Assembly (NCBI GenBank): GCA_040905465.1 | Contig: JBBDRK010000054.1 | Location: 31,708-95,707, forward strand | Direction: 5' to 3' | DNA: 64,000 nucleotides | Origin: Trueperaceae bacterium | Lineage (GTDB): Bacteria > Deinococcota > Deinococci > Deinococcales > Trueperaceae | Shown: positions 29,724 through 37,653 of the stretch, in pieces | How positions within the stretch are numbered: position 1 is the first letter of the stretch | Layout: each line of letters begins with the position of its first letter | Notes under the pieces: model-generated | Database searches by the model: none | Told to the model about the DNA's origin: nothing | Seen by the model: only the letters and a program-made list of their open reading frames with translations | Program-made: the position numbers and the translations under genes

Positions 29724-29802
29724 GGCTCGCATTGGTCCCCCCGGCAAGGGTGTGCGACTCGAGAAAGTGCGTGTAACGGCTACCTGCCGCTACCTGAATG
29801 AG

Positions 29803-29832
29803 GTGAGAGGGCCGGTCTTCCGGCCCTCTCAC
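29803..29832 (+). terminator. Hairpin after the ice-binding gene
   Basis: GTGAGAGGGCCGG-TCTT-CCGGCCCTCTCAC; weak U-tract. Confidence 0.6.
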
Positions 29833-29871
29833 ATTCAGCGCCGGGGCGACCGCCCTAACGTAGAGTGACGC

Positions 29872-30648
29872 ATGTATGCTGCGCTCTGCTTCGACCTCGA
29901 CGGAACCCTGGCCCGATTCGCGGGTGATTTCGACGAACTGCTCGACGGGTTGCGTACCGATCTGGGGCTGCTTGCCTGCGACTTCACGACCTTCAGACGG
30001 CGGGTGTCGACGGAGTTGCGGCGTGAAGGGCCGCTCACGTTGCGCTCGGCGTTGAGGATCGCGCTCGAAGGGCTCGAGCTGCGGGTTCCCGACGATCTGG
30101 GTCCAGTGGTGGAGCGGACCGTGCTCGATTACGCGAACGCGATGGCGCTCAGGGAGGGCGCCGAGGCGCTCCTGGCCCGGCTCGACCGGCTGCGCGTCCC
30201 GATGGCGCTGATTAGCAACGGACCCGACGACATGCAGCGTGCCGCGCTTGCCGCACTGGGGATCGAGCGGTACTTCACGGTGGTGCTGATTTCCGGTGAC
30301 CCGGATGTGGCGGTGCGCAAGCCGCATCCGCGCATCTTCGACCTCGCCTGCAGCGGCCTCGCAACCTCGCCGGCCGACACCGTGATGATCGGTGACGATC
30401 TCGAAAGCGACATAGCCGGGGCCCTCGCTTTCGGCATGGCCGCGATATTGGTGAGCGAGTCGGGCGACGAGTGGGCCGGTGCCGGCGCCGTCGGCCGGGC
30501 GGGCGCTGAGCTTGCCGCCGGCGGCCCGTGCGCCGAAGCCTCCGCTGGCGGTGCCGACGCCGCTGGCCGTGCCGGCGCCCAAACCGTGACCGACCTCTCG
30601 GCCCTCGACTGCGTCCTGAAAGCGAGACTGAAAGCGAGAACCGCATGA
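29872..30648 (+). CDS. HAD-superfamily hydrolase with Ala/Gly-rich insertion
   Basis: FDLDGTL, ISNG, KPHP and GDDLESD motifs. Confidence 0.88.
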   Translation: MYAALCFDLDGTLARFAGDFDELLDGLRTDLGLLACDFTTFRRRVSTELRREGPLTLRSALRIALEGLELRVPDDLGPVVERTVLDYANAMALREGAEALLARLDRLRVPMALISNGPDDMQRAALAALGIERYFTVVLISGDPDVAVRKPHPRIFDLACSGLATSPADTVMIGDDLESDIAGALAFGMAAILVSESGDEWAGAGAVGRAGAELAAGGPCAEASAGGADAAGRAGAQTVTDLSALDCVLKARLKARTA

Positions 30649-31871
30649 GCGACGCAACCGGCGCGACCTCTTTCCGCCCGAGCGCCGGCGACTTCCTCGA
30701 GAACCCATATCCGACCTACGCCCGACTGAGACGCGAGACGCCGATCTTCTACCACGAACCGTGGCGAAAGTGGATTCTCACCCGCCACGCCGACATAGAC
30801 GCGCTCCTGCGTGACCGCCGGCTCGGCAGGGTGATCCACCACCTGCTGGCGCCGGAGGAGTTGCCGTCGCAGGACCCCGAGCACGGCCCGTTCCGGGCGA
30901 TCCAGGAAGGATCGCTGCTGGAGATCGAGCCGCCCGATCACACCCGCATCCGCTCGGTGGTCCACTCCGCCTTCACCCCCAGGCACGTGCGTGCGCTGCA
31001 GGCGCGGATCGAGGCCTTGTGCGAAACACTGGCGGACCGTCTGGCGGTCGTGCCGGAGCGGCGAGCAGACCTCATCCAGGTGTTCGCCGAGCCGCTGCCG
31101 GTCACCGTAATCGCCGAACTGCTCGGTATCCCCGAACCCGACCGCCACCGCCTGCTGCCATGGTCCAAGGCGATCATCGGAATGTTCGAGCCCGAGCGCA
31201 CGGCCGCAGACGAGCGCGAGGCGGTGCGTGCGGCCGGAGAGTTCAGCGACTACCTGAGGTGGCTCGTTCCACGGAAGAGGCTCGAGCCGGCCGACGATCT
31301 GGTGACCAGGATGGTGGAGGTGCACGACCAGGATCCCGACCGCCTGAGCGAGTCGGAGATCGTCGCGAACTGCATCCTGTTCCTGGACGCCGGTCATGAG
31401 GCAGTCGTAAACGTTATCGGAAACGGCATGAAGGCCCTGCTCTCGCACCCGGCGGAACTCGACCGTCTGCGCGAAGACCGGGAACTGGTCGCGACCGCGG
31501 TGGAAGAGATGATGCGCTTCGATACGCCGCTGCAGTTCTTCGAGAGGTTCGCGCTCGAGGATATGGAATACCAGAGTCACCAATGGCCCAAAGGGACGAA
31601 ACTGTGCCTTTACTATGCCAGCGCCAACCACGACGAGAGGGTCTTCGAGTCCCCGGAACGCTTCGACGTCGGACGCGATCCGAACCCGCACCTGGCGTTT
31701 GGAATGGGGCTGCACTACTGCATCGGCGCGCCGCTGGCGCGCCTCGAGCTCTCGGTCGCCCTGCGGACCCTGCTTCGCCGCTTTCCCGACCTGCGACTCG
31801 CCCAGCAGGAGTTTCGCTATCTGCCCAAGAACGTGTTCCGCTACCTGACCGAATTGCGGGTGGAGTATTGA
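30645..31871 (+). CDS. Cytochrome P450
   Basis: EPPDHTR, AGHEA, EEMMR and FGMGLHYCIG heme motif; ATGA overlap with the HAD gene. Confidence 0.95.
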   Translation: MSDATGATSFRPSAGDFLENPYPTYARLRRETPIFYHEPWRKWILTRHADIDALLRDRRLGRVIHHLLAPEELPSQDPEHGPFRAIQEGSLLEIEPPDHTRIRSVVHSAFTPRHVRALQARIEALCETLADRLAVVPERRADLIQVFAEPLPVTVIAELLGIPEPDRHRLLPWSKAIIGMFEPERTAADEREAVRAAGEFSDYLRWLVPRKRLEPADDLVTRMVEVHDQDPDRLSESEIVANCILFLDAGHEAVVNVIGNGMKALLSHPAELDRLREDRELVATAVEEMMRFDTPLQFFERFALEDMEYQSHQWPKGTKLCLYYASANHDERVFESPERFDVGRDPNPHLAFGMGLHYCIGAPLARLELSVALRTLLRRFPDLRLAQQEFRYLPKNVFRYLTELRVEY

Positions 31872-31906
31872 GCGGGCTTGCCGGGCCGCTGCGATACACT
31901 GGGAAC

Positions 31907-32299
31907 ATGACAGACAAGGACAGAGCGTTCTACCGTGCCTGGGCCGAGATGCTGGACTGGATGCGGAAGTACGCCGAGGCCCGTGAAGTGGTGATGTTCG
32001 AAAAGGAAGCCGACTTTCCCGACTACATCTACCGGATGGAACGCCCCTACGACCTGCCGACCACGGTCATGTCGGCGAGCCTCTCGCAACTCGACGGGAC
32101 ACCGGTCCTGATGGTCAACGCCAGCCCGCGCCACACAGTTTTCAAGGAGGTGGGACTGCATCCGTTCCAGTCGCATTCATACCGAAAGATGAAGCTGTCC
32201 GCCGACGGCAGTGCGCTCGCCGAGGGCAAGAGGGTGTTCACGCGTGAGATGTTGGAGGCCCTGGCGGATGACCTGTTTCACCTAAAGGCCGAAGCCTGA
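31907..32299 (+). CDS. nqo15: NADH-quinone oxidoreductase subunit 15 (frataxin-like, Deinococcota-specific)
   Basis: FEKEADFPDYIYRMERPYDLPTT..SPRH closely matches my recollection of Thermus Nqo15. Confidence 0.88.
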   Translation: MTDKDRAFYRAWAEMLDWMRKYAEAREVVMFEKEADFPDYIYRMERPYDLPTTVMSASLSQLDGTPVLMVNASPRHTVFKEVGLHPFQSHSYRKMKLSADGSALAEGKRVFTREMLEALADDLFHLKAEA

Positions 32300-32511
32300 G
32301 CGACCCCCGCGACGCCTCCGAGCAGGCCGGCCTGGCGCGCGCCGCACGTGGCGGCATCTGTGCCGGCTGTCTTCACGCCCAACTGGTGCGCTCCGCTCGT
32401 GGCAGCGTGTTTCTTCTCTGTCGCCATCCGGATCTGCCCAAATACCCGCGACAGCCGGTGTTGAGCTGTCACGGCTTCGCTCCGCCGTCGAGGCTGGAGC
32501 CGACCGGTTAG
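32296..32511 (+). CDS. Small four-Cys protein absent from the ORF track (probable CTG start)
   Basis: LSDPRDASEQAGLARAARGGICAGCLHAQLVRSARGSVFLLCRHPDLPKYPRQPVLSCHGFAPPSRLEPTG*; CTGA overlap with the nqo15 stop. Confidence 0.65.
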   Translation: MSDPRDASEQAGLARAARGGICAGCLHAQLVRSARGSVFLLCRHPDLPKYPRQPVLSCHGFAPPSRLEPTG

Positions 32512-32596
32512 GTTCGACTGCGGCTCGAGCTCCCTCCCGCATCGAGGCTGCGCTCGCGGCCCGGTCTCGCCGCTACCGCCGGGCCGGCGCGTCCGC

Positions 32597-33640
32597 TCAC
32601 TCGTGAGCCCGCCGCTCGCGGCCGGCGAGCGTATCGGCGAGGCGGCTCGCCAACAGCGGGGCAGTCAGGAAGCCGCGTCCACCGAACGCCCCCAGAAACC
32701 ACAGGTCCGACTCCAGCTCTTCGACCATCGGCAGGTTGTTCGGGCGTTTTGCTCGCACGCCGGTCCAAACGTCAACGATCGGCGCTTCGGCCAAGGGTGG
32801 AATCATGCGCGCCGCCGATGCTCGGAGCAGCTCGGGAGCGTGCGGATCGCTGATGCCTGGATCCCGATGATTTCCACCCAGTAAAACCCGGTTTCCGGTC
32901 GATGCCAGGTATACCGAACCGGCAACGGGGTAGGGGAGGGGAGTGTCCGACGCCAGCGTGATCTGGTCGCCGGCGATTCGATCGAGCTGCGGAACCCGGG
33001 CCCCTGGAACGGAGCCGGCCCCCAGGCACAGAGCCACGCTCCGGGCAGCGATCGCTCCCCGTTCGGTGTGGGCGCGCCAGGTGCCATAGAGCCGCTCGAG
33101 CCGCTCGATCTCGCACTCCTCGATTACCTCGGCGCCCGTCGCGCGCACCGCCGAAACCAGGGCTGACAGGAGCCGCGAGGTGTCGACCCAGCCGCCGTCT
33201 TTCACCAGGAAGGCTCCCGCTGGCGCCCGGTACGCCTCCGGGAGTTCCGACTGACGCTCCATCCCGGGCAGCTCCTGCCAGGCGCGTGCCTGGCGGGCGT
33301 TCGAGGCTATCCGCAGGACTCCGCTGCGCCGCGCGCCAGGCTGTGCTCCGCCGGCTCGCAGCTCATCGGCTAGCCGCCAGAACGACGCAAGCCCCTCCAG
33401 GTCGTAGGGTCCCGGCTTTCCGCTGCGGCCGCGGTAAGGGTTGAGGAGCGCAGCGCCGACTGCCGAAGCCCCCAGGCGGCCGACGCGGCCGCGATCGACC
33501 AGCACGGCAGCTACGCCGCGTCGCGCCAGGGCATACGCCAGGCAGCAGCCGGCGATGCCGGCCCCGATCACAAGTACAGAAACCGGTCGGGGCGCAGTCG
33601 CCGACCGCCTCACGGTGCCAGCTTCAAGTGCCGGTCTCAC
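32597..33640 (-). CDS. FAD-dependent oxidoreductase (DAO family, MnmC oxidase-like); start uncertain (33613 possible)
   Basis: GAGIAG, GASA, GVRA..LPMV and GGRGFLTAP motifs. Confidence 0.85.
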   Translation of the reverse strand: MRPALEAGTVRRSATAPRPVSVLVIGAGIAGCCLAYALARRGVAAVLVDRGRVGRLGASAVGAALLNPYRGRSGKPGPYDLEGLASFWRLADELRAGGAQPGARRSGVLRIASNARQARAWQELPGMERQSELPEAYRAPAGAFLVKDGGWVDTSRLLSALVSAVRATGAEVIEECEIERLERLYGTWRAHTERGAIAARSVALCLGAGSVPGARVPQLDRIAGDQITLASDTPLPYPVAGSVYLASTGNRVLLGGNHRDPGISDPHAPELLRASAARMIPPLAEAPIVDVWTGVRAKRPNNLPMVEELESDLWFLGAFGGRGFLTAPLLASRLADTLAGRERRAHE

Positions 33641-33786
33641 GTGCCACGCTCACGTGCCAGTCTCATGGTGCCGGCTCCACGGCGCCGGTCTCGCGGCGCC
33701 GCCCTCACGGTGCAGGATTCATGGCACGGGCTCCAACGGTGCGGGCTCACCGTGCCGGCCTCACGGCGCCGGTCTCGCGCGGTACC
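33609..33786. repeat. About 13 degenerate 13-14 bp tandem repeats (consensus CTCACGGYGCCGGY)
   Basis: ctcacggtgccagc, ctcacgtgccagt, ctcatggtgccggc, tccacggcgccggt, ctcaccgtgccggc, ctcacggcgccggt and others. Confidence 0.8.
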
Positions 33787-33842
33787 TCCCGGTCGGGCGG
33801 TATCATGGTCGCGGCCTCGAGCCGAGGGAGGGAGCTGACGTC

Positions 33843-34289
33843 GTGTACGAATTCCTCAAGGGCCTTCACAACCTCCTGCGCTGGGTAGTGCTGCTGGGTG
33901 GGGTCTGGGCACTGATCGCCGCGCTGCGCGGGCTTTTCAGTCGGGCGCAGTGGACCGCATCCGAGCGGAGAGCCGGGGCGATCTTCGCCGGCAGCCTTCA
34001 CCTGCAGATACTCCTGGGCGTGCTGCTCTACCTGGTCAGCCCGATCGTCCGCGGTGGTTTCAGCGATTTCGGCGGGGCGATGGGTGATGACGTCACCCGG
34101 TTCTTCCTGGTGGAGCATCTGGCGGTGATGATCCTGGCGGCTGTCGCCGCTCAGGTCGGACTCTCCACTGCCCGTCGCGCCACCGACGACAGGCGGAGCT
34201 TCGTGCGGGCGTCGATCGGTTTCGGTTTGGCCATGCTGCTGATCCTCTACGGCATCCCCTGGTGGCGGCCGCTGCTGCCCTGGGCCTGA
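33843..34289 (+). CDS. Four-TM membrane protein with intramembrane His residues
   Basis: LHNLLRW, LHLQILLG and FLVEH motifs; GGGAG SD. Confidence 0.75.
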   Translation: MYEFLKGLHNLLRWVVLLGGVWALIAALRGLFSRAQWTASERRAGAIFAGSLHLQILLGVLLYLVSPIVRGGFSDFGGAMGDDVTRFFLVEHLAVMILAAVAAQVGLSTARRATDDRRSFVRASIGFGLAMLLILYGIPWWRPLLPWA

Positions 34290-34306
34290 GCATCGGGTCC
34301 CACTCA

Positions 34307-35002
34307 TTACCCGGTCGTCCTGAGCGCAATGAGCATCTCCCGCTTGCCGCCGGCAGGGCCGCTAACCTTGCTCACCTGCAGTCCGGCCGCCTGCAGCCGG
34401 CGCCTCACCTCGCCCTTCACGGTATAGGTGGCGAGGGTGCCTCCCGGTGCCAGCGCTGCGGCAAGCCTCGCCAGGAACTCCAGGCTCCACAGCTCGGGGT
34501 TGGCGTCGGGACTGAAGGCGTCATGGTAGATGGCGTCGAATGCGTCTTCCTCCAGTTCGATCGCCGAGGCGTCGCCGAGCCGCAGTTCGAGCAGGGCGCC
34601 GGTGATCTCGCCGCGGTAGAGTCCCTCCGAAGGAGGCGGGCCGAGCCGTTCCCGGAACCGCAGATAGTCCTCCAACGGCGCGGCCGCATACTCGCCGTAA
34701 CCGAGTTGCGACACCAGTGTCGCCGGCAACAGGTCACGCTCGAGCGCCACGTAGGCGAGGCGGGCGTTACCGGCGAGGGCTGTTTGGGCACTGAGCAGGA
34801 AGTTCAGTCCAGTGCCGAAGCCCACCTCCAGGACCTTGGTAGCAAGGCCGGAGCGTAGCCGCCGATCGGCGCCGCTGCCGGCCAGGAACACGTGCAAGGA
34901 TTCGGCCACGGCACCGTGCCGGGAATGGAACGTCTGATTGAACCCGGTACTGAACAAGGTGGCGCTTCCGTCGTCCGTCACCTGCCGCTCGAGCTCGTCC
35001 AC
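34307..35002 (-). CDS. mnmD: tRNA mnm5s2U methyltransferase (MnmD / MnmC N-terminal domain-like)
   Basis: TDDGSATLFS, FHSRHGA..ES.HVF, LEVGFGTGLN, DAFSP..NPELW and GKREM motifs. Confidence 0.85.
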   Translation of the reverse strand: MDELERQVTDDGSATLFSTGFNQTFHSRHGAVAESLHVFLAGSGADRRLRSGLATKVLEVGFGTGLNFLLSAQTALAGNARLAYVALERDLLPATLVSQLGYGEYAAAPLEDYLRFRERLGPPPSEGLYRGEITGALLELRLGDASAIELEEDAFDAIYHDAFSPDANPELWSLEFLARLAAALAPGGTLATYTVKGEVRRRLQAAGLQVSKVSGPAGGKREMLIALRTTG

Positions 35003-35039
35003 AACGCCACTTTAGCGCACGGACGGGTAAGCTGGAGGT

Positions 35040-35768
35040 ATGCGCCGAGTGCTTGAAATGATGTGGTCATCGATTCTCTCGACTTGGATGTCGGTGCGTG
35101 ACTGGCTGGATGGACTCGCCGGAGACGCCGGCGTGTGGCTGGTCGTTCTCTTAGTGCTCCTGGTGCTGATGGTGCTGCTGCTTTTCCTGTTGCCGGGCGG
35201 AAGCCGAACGGCACGAAACGAAGCGAAACCGGAACTGCTGGTGTCGCGCGGGGAGGTGCGCTCGTTCGAGGACAGCAGCGTCACCGAGCTGTCGATGCAC
35301 GTCAGCAACCTGGGCGATGGGGTCGTGCAGCTTCTCGAGGTCGCCCTGCGCAGCGACCTGATGCCCACGCCGGAGACAGTCGAACTGAGCGTGCTGGTGC
35401 CGCGCTCCCGCTCGGTAGACGTGCGCGTTCCGGTCGAGGAGTTGCACGGAGACAGCGGTTTCCTGGACCTCTACTTCTACACTCCCCAGACGCGCAACCG
35501 CGGGTTCCGGCTGCGAGCCGCGCTCACCTGGGAGCCGTGGGAAGGTCGCTTCAAGGTCGAGCCGCTGGGCCAGCGGCTCGACGTAGCGAGGCGCCTGGCA
35601 AGCTCCCGAATCCAGCGGCGCCAGCGCGAAGAGTGGCGGCGCCGGCAGCGCGACCCGGGTGAGCAAGCGGCGGCGACGCCGTTGCAACCGGAGCCCGAGC
35701 CTGTCGCCGAATCGCCGGATGAAGGCGGCTCCGAACGGGAGCGGCTGGACTTTCCGTCCGACTTCTGA
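35040..35768 (+). CDS. Hypothetical single-pass membrane protein
   Basis: Strong TM segment, beta-rich domain, acidic tail; TAAGCT 6 nt upstream of ATG. Confidence 0.65.
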   Translation: MRRVLEMMWSSILSTWMSVRDWLDGLAGDAGVWLVVLLVLLVLMVLLLFLLPGGSRTARNEAKPELLVSRGEVRSFEDSSVTELSMHVSNLGDGVVQLLEVALRSDLMPTPETVELSVLVPRSRSVDVRVPVEELHGDSGFLDLYFYTPQTRNRGFRLRAALTWEPWEGRFKVEPLGQRLDVARRLASSRIQRRQREEWRRRQRDPGEQAAATPLQPEPEPVAESPDEGGSERERLDFPSDF

Positions 35769-36024
35769 ACGGGCGCTCCCGAACTAGGCGCCGCGCTCTA
35801 CTCCAAGCGGCCTGCCCGTGCCTCACCCGGCGGCGGGCGTCAATGTCGGCAGGAGTGCCGGCGCCTGAAATCTGCGGCCGGGCGGCGGGCGCGTTCGGAG
35901 CGGATATGCTGTGGCGGTTACAGCAAATCACTCAGGAAAGCCTCTCCCTTTAGGGGGATGATTTGAGTGCTGCCGCTAGGGCAGTGTGTCTACACCGGCG
36001 AGAGAGTGTGCTATCGTGTAGTCT

Positions 36025-36423
36025 ATGGGTGACGGCTACAAACGCCATAAGGGGGCGGTTGCTGAATTGCGCTACCACCTGATCTGGGTACCCCGTAGAC
36101 GCCGCAAGGTGCTTGCTGGCGCTGTCGCCGAACGACTTGAAATGCTGCTGAGAGAGAAAGCCGCAGAGCTTGGCGTGGAGATTGAACACCTGGCGATTCA
36201 ACCCGACCATCTCCACCTGTTCGTGAACGCGCCGCCGTCTTTAGCGGTAGCGCAGATTGTGTTTCGGCTCAAAGGTTATACCTCTCGCATTATTAGGCAA
36301 GAGTTTGCGCACCTTAAACGGATGCCGAGCATGTGGACAACGAGCTACTTTGCGAGCACGGCGGGCAAAGTCTCAGCATCCACCATTGAGCGTTACATTC
36401 AGCAGCAGAGCACCCGAGCATGA
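36025..36423 (+). CDS. tnpA: Y1 HUH transposase
   Basis: YHLIW, DHLHL (HUH), LKG and ERYIQQQ (catalytic Tyr). Confidence 0.95.
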   Translation: MGDGYKRHKGAVAELRYHLIWVPRRRRKVLAGAVAERLEMLLREKAAELGVEIEHLAIQPDHLHLFVNAPPSLAVAQIVFRLKGYTSRIIRQEFAHLKRMPSMWTTSYFASTAGKVSASTIERYIQQQSTRA

Positions 36424-37499
36424 CGACGCACCGCAAGGTCTACCGCTTCCGGGTTGACCCAACCCCGGCTCAGGCTGAGCAGATGTACAGCATGGCGGGC
36501 GCCAAGCGGTTCGTGTTCAATTGGGCCCTGGCACGGCGCAAAGACCACTACGCCGAACACGGTGAGGGTCTTTCGGCGAAGGTGCTTTCGGCTGAGCTGA
36601 CCGCTCTTAAGAAGCAGCCTGATAGCGAGTGGCTTAAGGGTGTGGATTCGCAGCTTCTACAGCAAGCCCTGAGGGATGTTGATCGGGCTTTTCAAAACTT
36701 TTTCGACAAGCGCGGCCGCTTCCCGCGCTTTAAGTCCAAGCGTCGTGAGATACCCTCGTTTCGCATCCCGCAGCGGGTCAAGGTCGAGGCTGGCAAAGTG
36801 TATGTCCCGAAAGTCGGTTGGGTGAAAGCACGTCAGTCTCAGCCGGTAGACTGCCCGACCAAGAGTGCAACGTTCAAGCGAGATGCCACGCGACGTTGGT
36901 ACGTGACCCTCACGGCTGAGTTCGAGATGCCCGAGGTACCGCTGCAACCTGCCGAACCTAACAACGTTGTCGGTATCGACCTCGGCTTAAGAGATTTCGC
37001 GGTGCTGAGCACAGGCGAGCGCATCGCCCCGCCCAAGCACTACCGGCAGTCAGAGCGCCGCTTAGCGAAAGCCCAGCGACGCCTGTCACGTCGCCAGAAG
37101 GGAAGCAAAAACCGTGACAAAGCCCGCTTGACCGTCGCTCGAGTACACCTGAAAATCAGGAACCAACGTGCGGACTTTCTCCATAAGTTGACTACCTCGC
37201 TGGTTCGGAGTCGTGACGGGCTGTGCATCGAAGACCTCTCGTTTAGTGGCATGGCGAAAACCAAGCTTGCCAAAAGCGTGCTGGACGCTGGCCTCGCTGA
37301 GTTCCGCAGGCAGCTTGAGTACAAGTCGGTTTGGAACGGCAGGCACCTGGCAGTGATACACCGTTGGTATCCGAGCACCAAGCTTTGCCAAAAGTGCGGC
37401 ACGCTAAACACCCTGACGCTAGCCGACAGAGTGTGCACCTGCACTTGCGGCGCTCATTACGACAGAGACTCAAACGCAGGCTCAGAACATCCGAACTGA
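36420..37499 (+). CDS. tnpB: RNA-guided endonuclease TnpB, C-terminus altered by a +1 frameshift at about 37479 (original stop 37617)
   Basis: GIDLG, IEDL, zinc finger and DRD present; the canonical NAAQNI continues in the shifted frame. Confidence 0.92.
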   Translation: MTTHRKVYRFRVDPTPAQAEQMYSMAGAKRFVFNWALARRKDHYAEHGEGLSAKVLSAELTALKKQPDSEWLKGVDSQLLQQALRDVDRAFQNFFDKRGRFPRFKSKRREIPSFRIPQRVKVEAGKVYVPKVGWVKARQSQPVDCPTKSATFKRDATRRWYVTLTAEFEMPEVPLQPAEPNNVVGIDLGLRDFAVLSTGERIAPPKHYRQSERRLAKAQRRLSRRQKGSKNRDKARLTVARVHLKIRNQRADFLHKLTTSLVRSRDGLCIEDLSFSGMAKTKLAKSVLDAGLAEFRRQLEYKSVWNGRHLAVIHRWYPSTKLCQKCGTLNTLTLADRVCTCTCGAHYDRDSNAGSEHPN

Positions 37500-37653
37500 A
37501 GGTTTAAGGATGATGGAGGCTGCCGGACAGACAGACTCCCTAAACGCTTGTGGACGCGACGTCAGCCCTCGCTGTGTCGAGGCGGTTGCGGTTGAAGCAA
37601 GAATCCCCCCGCTTTAGCAAAGGGGAGTGTCAAGGAGGCTATATGAAGATCGA
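37480..37653 (+). ncRNA. Predicted TnpB omega/reRNA scaffold plus about 20-nt guide (5' boundary approximate)
   Basis: Position at the right end of the IS; RE hairpin GAATCCCCCCGCTTTAGCAAAGGGGAGTGTCAA; guide predicted as GGAGGCTATATGAAGATCGA. Confidence 0.6.

Larger units (their letters stand above)
35922..37633 (+). mobile_element. IS200/IS605-family insertion sequence (tnpA + tnpB), 1712 bp
   Basis: Target TTAC 35918-35921; left guide AAAG 35937-35940 before the LE hairpin; right guide GAAT 37601-37604, RE hairpin and terminal TCAA 37630-37633; lower GC than flanks. Confidence 0.9.

Noticed and set aside
33609-33786. Repeat arrays (also 2779-2868) as CRISPR
   Set aside because: Units are 14-15 bp, degenerate, without unique spacers; no cas genes in the window
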